Below, piece by piece: positions 53,909-54,395 of a DNA stretch of 54,395 nt. The notes beneath the pieces were generated by a model, which searched no databases, was not told the DNA's origin, and was given only the letters and a program-made list of their open reading frames with translations. The position numbers and the translations under genes are program-made. Location: positions 1 to 54,395 of IMG/VR virus record IMGVR_UViG_3300032006_000010, one strand, 5' to 3'. This DNA comes from a virus. Its lineage: Duplodnaviria > Caudoviricetes. How positions within the stretch are numbered: position 1 is the stretch's first letter; each line of letters starts with the position of its first letter.

Positions 53909-54395
53909 ATGTCTGAAGATAATCTATATAAAACAACCTTTGTTAAAAAGTGGCTAAAATCAAATATAAATTATCATAATCAAGTTCACATGTCGAATGA
54001 AGAATTGACTAATACAGCCCAACATTTTGTGGAAAAACTAGATATTCATGATTGTAGTATAAATCCCGGCTCATCTCATATGAATTTTAGAGTTCGTGTA
54101 GGTAGACCAAAGTTCAGGGGCAGTGGAAACTATATACTACCTAAACATTCTCTAGTTTTTAATACCTATGAACCTTCAAAGGTTAGAATCGTTATGGACG
54201 GTTCAATGGAGCCAGAATGGTGGGGAGACCATGAAGCATACATAATGGAAAGAAATAGTCTCAGTCCGGACCGTCGTCGTCTTGATATTTTCAAGGATTA
54301 TGCATTACATCCTCATGTATCAGCAGACGGAGAACCATGCCTTGGTGGATTTTCACAACCTTGGAGTCAGTGTGTCAGTACTAATAATATTCCTT
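53909..54395 (+). CDS. E2-like protein, 5' portion (continues across the junction), not in ORF track
   Basis: AAGGAG then ATG 53909 (MSEDNLYKTT...); open to the window end and includes HPHVSADGEPCL. Confidence 0.8.
   Translation, partial: MSEDNLYKTTFVKKWLKSNINYHNQVHMSNEELTNTAQHFVEKLDIHDCSINPGSSHMNFRVRVGRPKFRGSGNYILPKHSLVFNTYEPSKVRIVMDGSMEPEWWGDHEAYIMERNSLSPDRRRLDIFKDYALHPHVSADGEPCLGGFSQPWSQCVSTNNIP
54256..54395. repeat. Terminal direct repeat, right copy
   Basis: 139/140 identical to 1-140. Confidence 0.95.

Noticed and set aside
54256-54395. 140-bp terminal repeat as a biological DTR or att site
   Set aside because: It lies mid-gene and its length is typical of assembler overlap; the single synonymous mismatch suggests population variation.
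1-54395. Prophage status or alternative genetic code
   Set aside because: No integrase, repressor or host genes recognised; long ORFs are intact under the standard code with all three stop codons used.

Overview
This window looks like a complete, circularly closed ~54.25 kb genome of a lytic, short-tailed (podovirus-like) dsDNA phage. Bases 54256-54395 repeat bases 1-140 with one mismatch. There are two divergent arms. The + arm (~51.2 kb, through the junction, to ~9.6 kb) carries early and replication genes: small ORFs, a ~1.3 kb densely structured non-coding tract, an AAA_24-type NTPase, an AEP primase-helicase, a Gp157-like protein and an HNH nuclease. The - arm (~50.7 kb down to ~9.8 kb) carries terminase, portal, scaffold, major capsid, neck and tail proteins, a 1936-aa modular tail fibre, a GH108 lysis cassette, ejection proteins and a 2908-aa protein with a two-barrel RNA polymerase motif (GADLDGD), probably a virion RNAP. 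The most striking feature is an apparently complete phage-encoded ubiquitin-like conjugation pathway that only appears when the ends are joined: a ThiS/MoaD-like Ubl ending -SGK (53620-53823), a 531-aa E2-like protein spanning the junction (53909-54255 + 1-1249, motif HPHVSADGEPCL, missed by the ORF track), a JAB/MPN peptidase (1167-1910) and a ThiF/E1-like enzyme (2695-3480). I saw no integrase, family A/B DNA polymerase, canonical tRNA or CRISPR array. All calls come from reading motifs by eye; no database searches were run.
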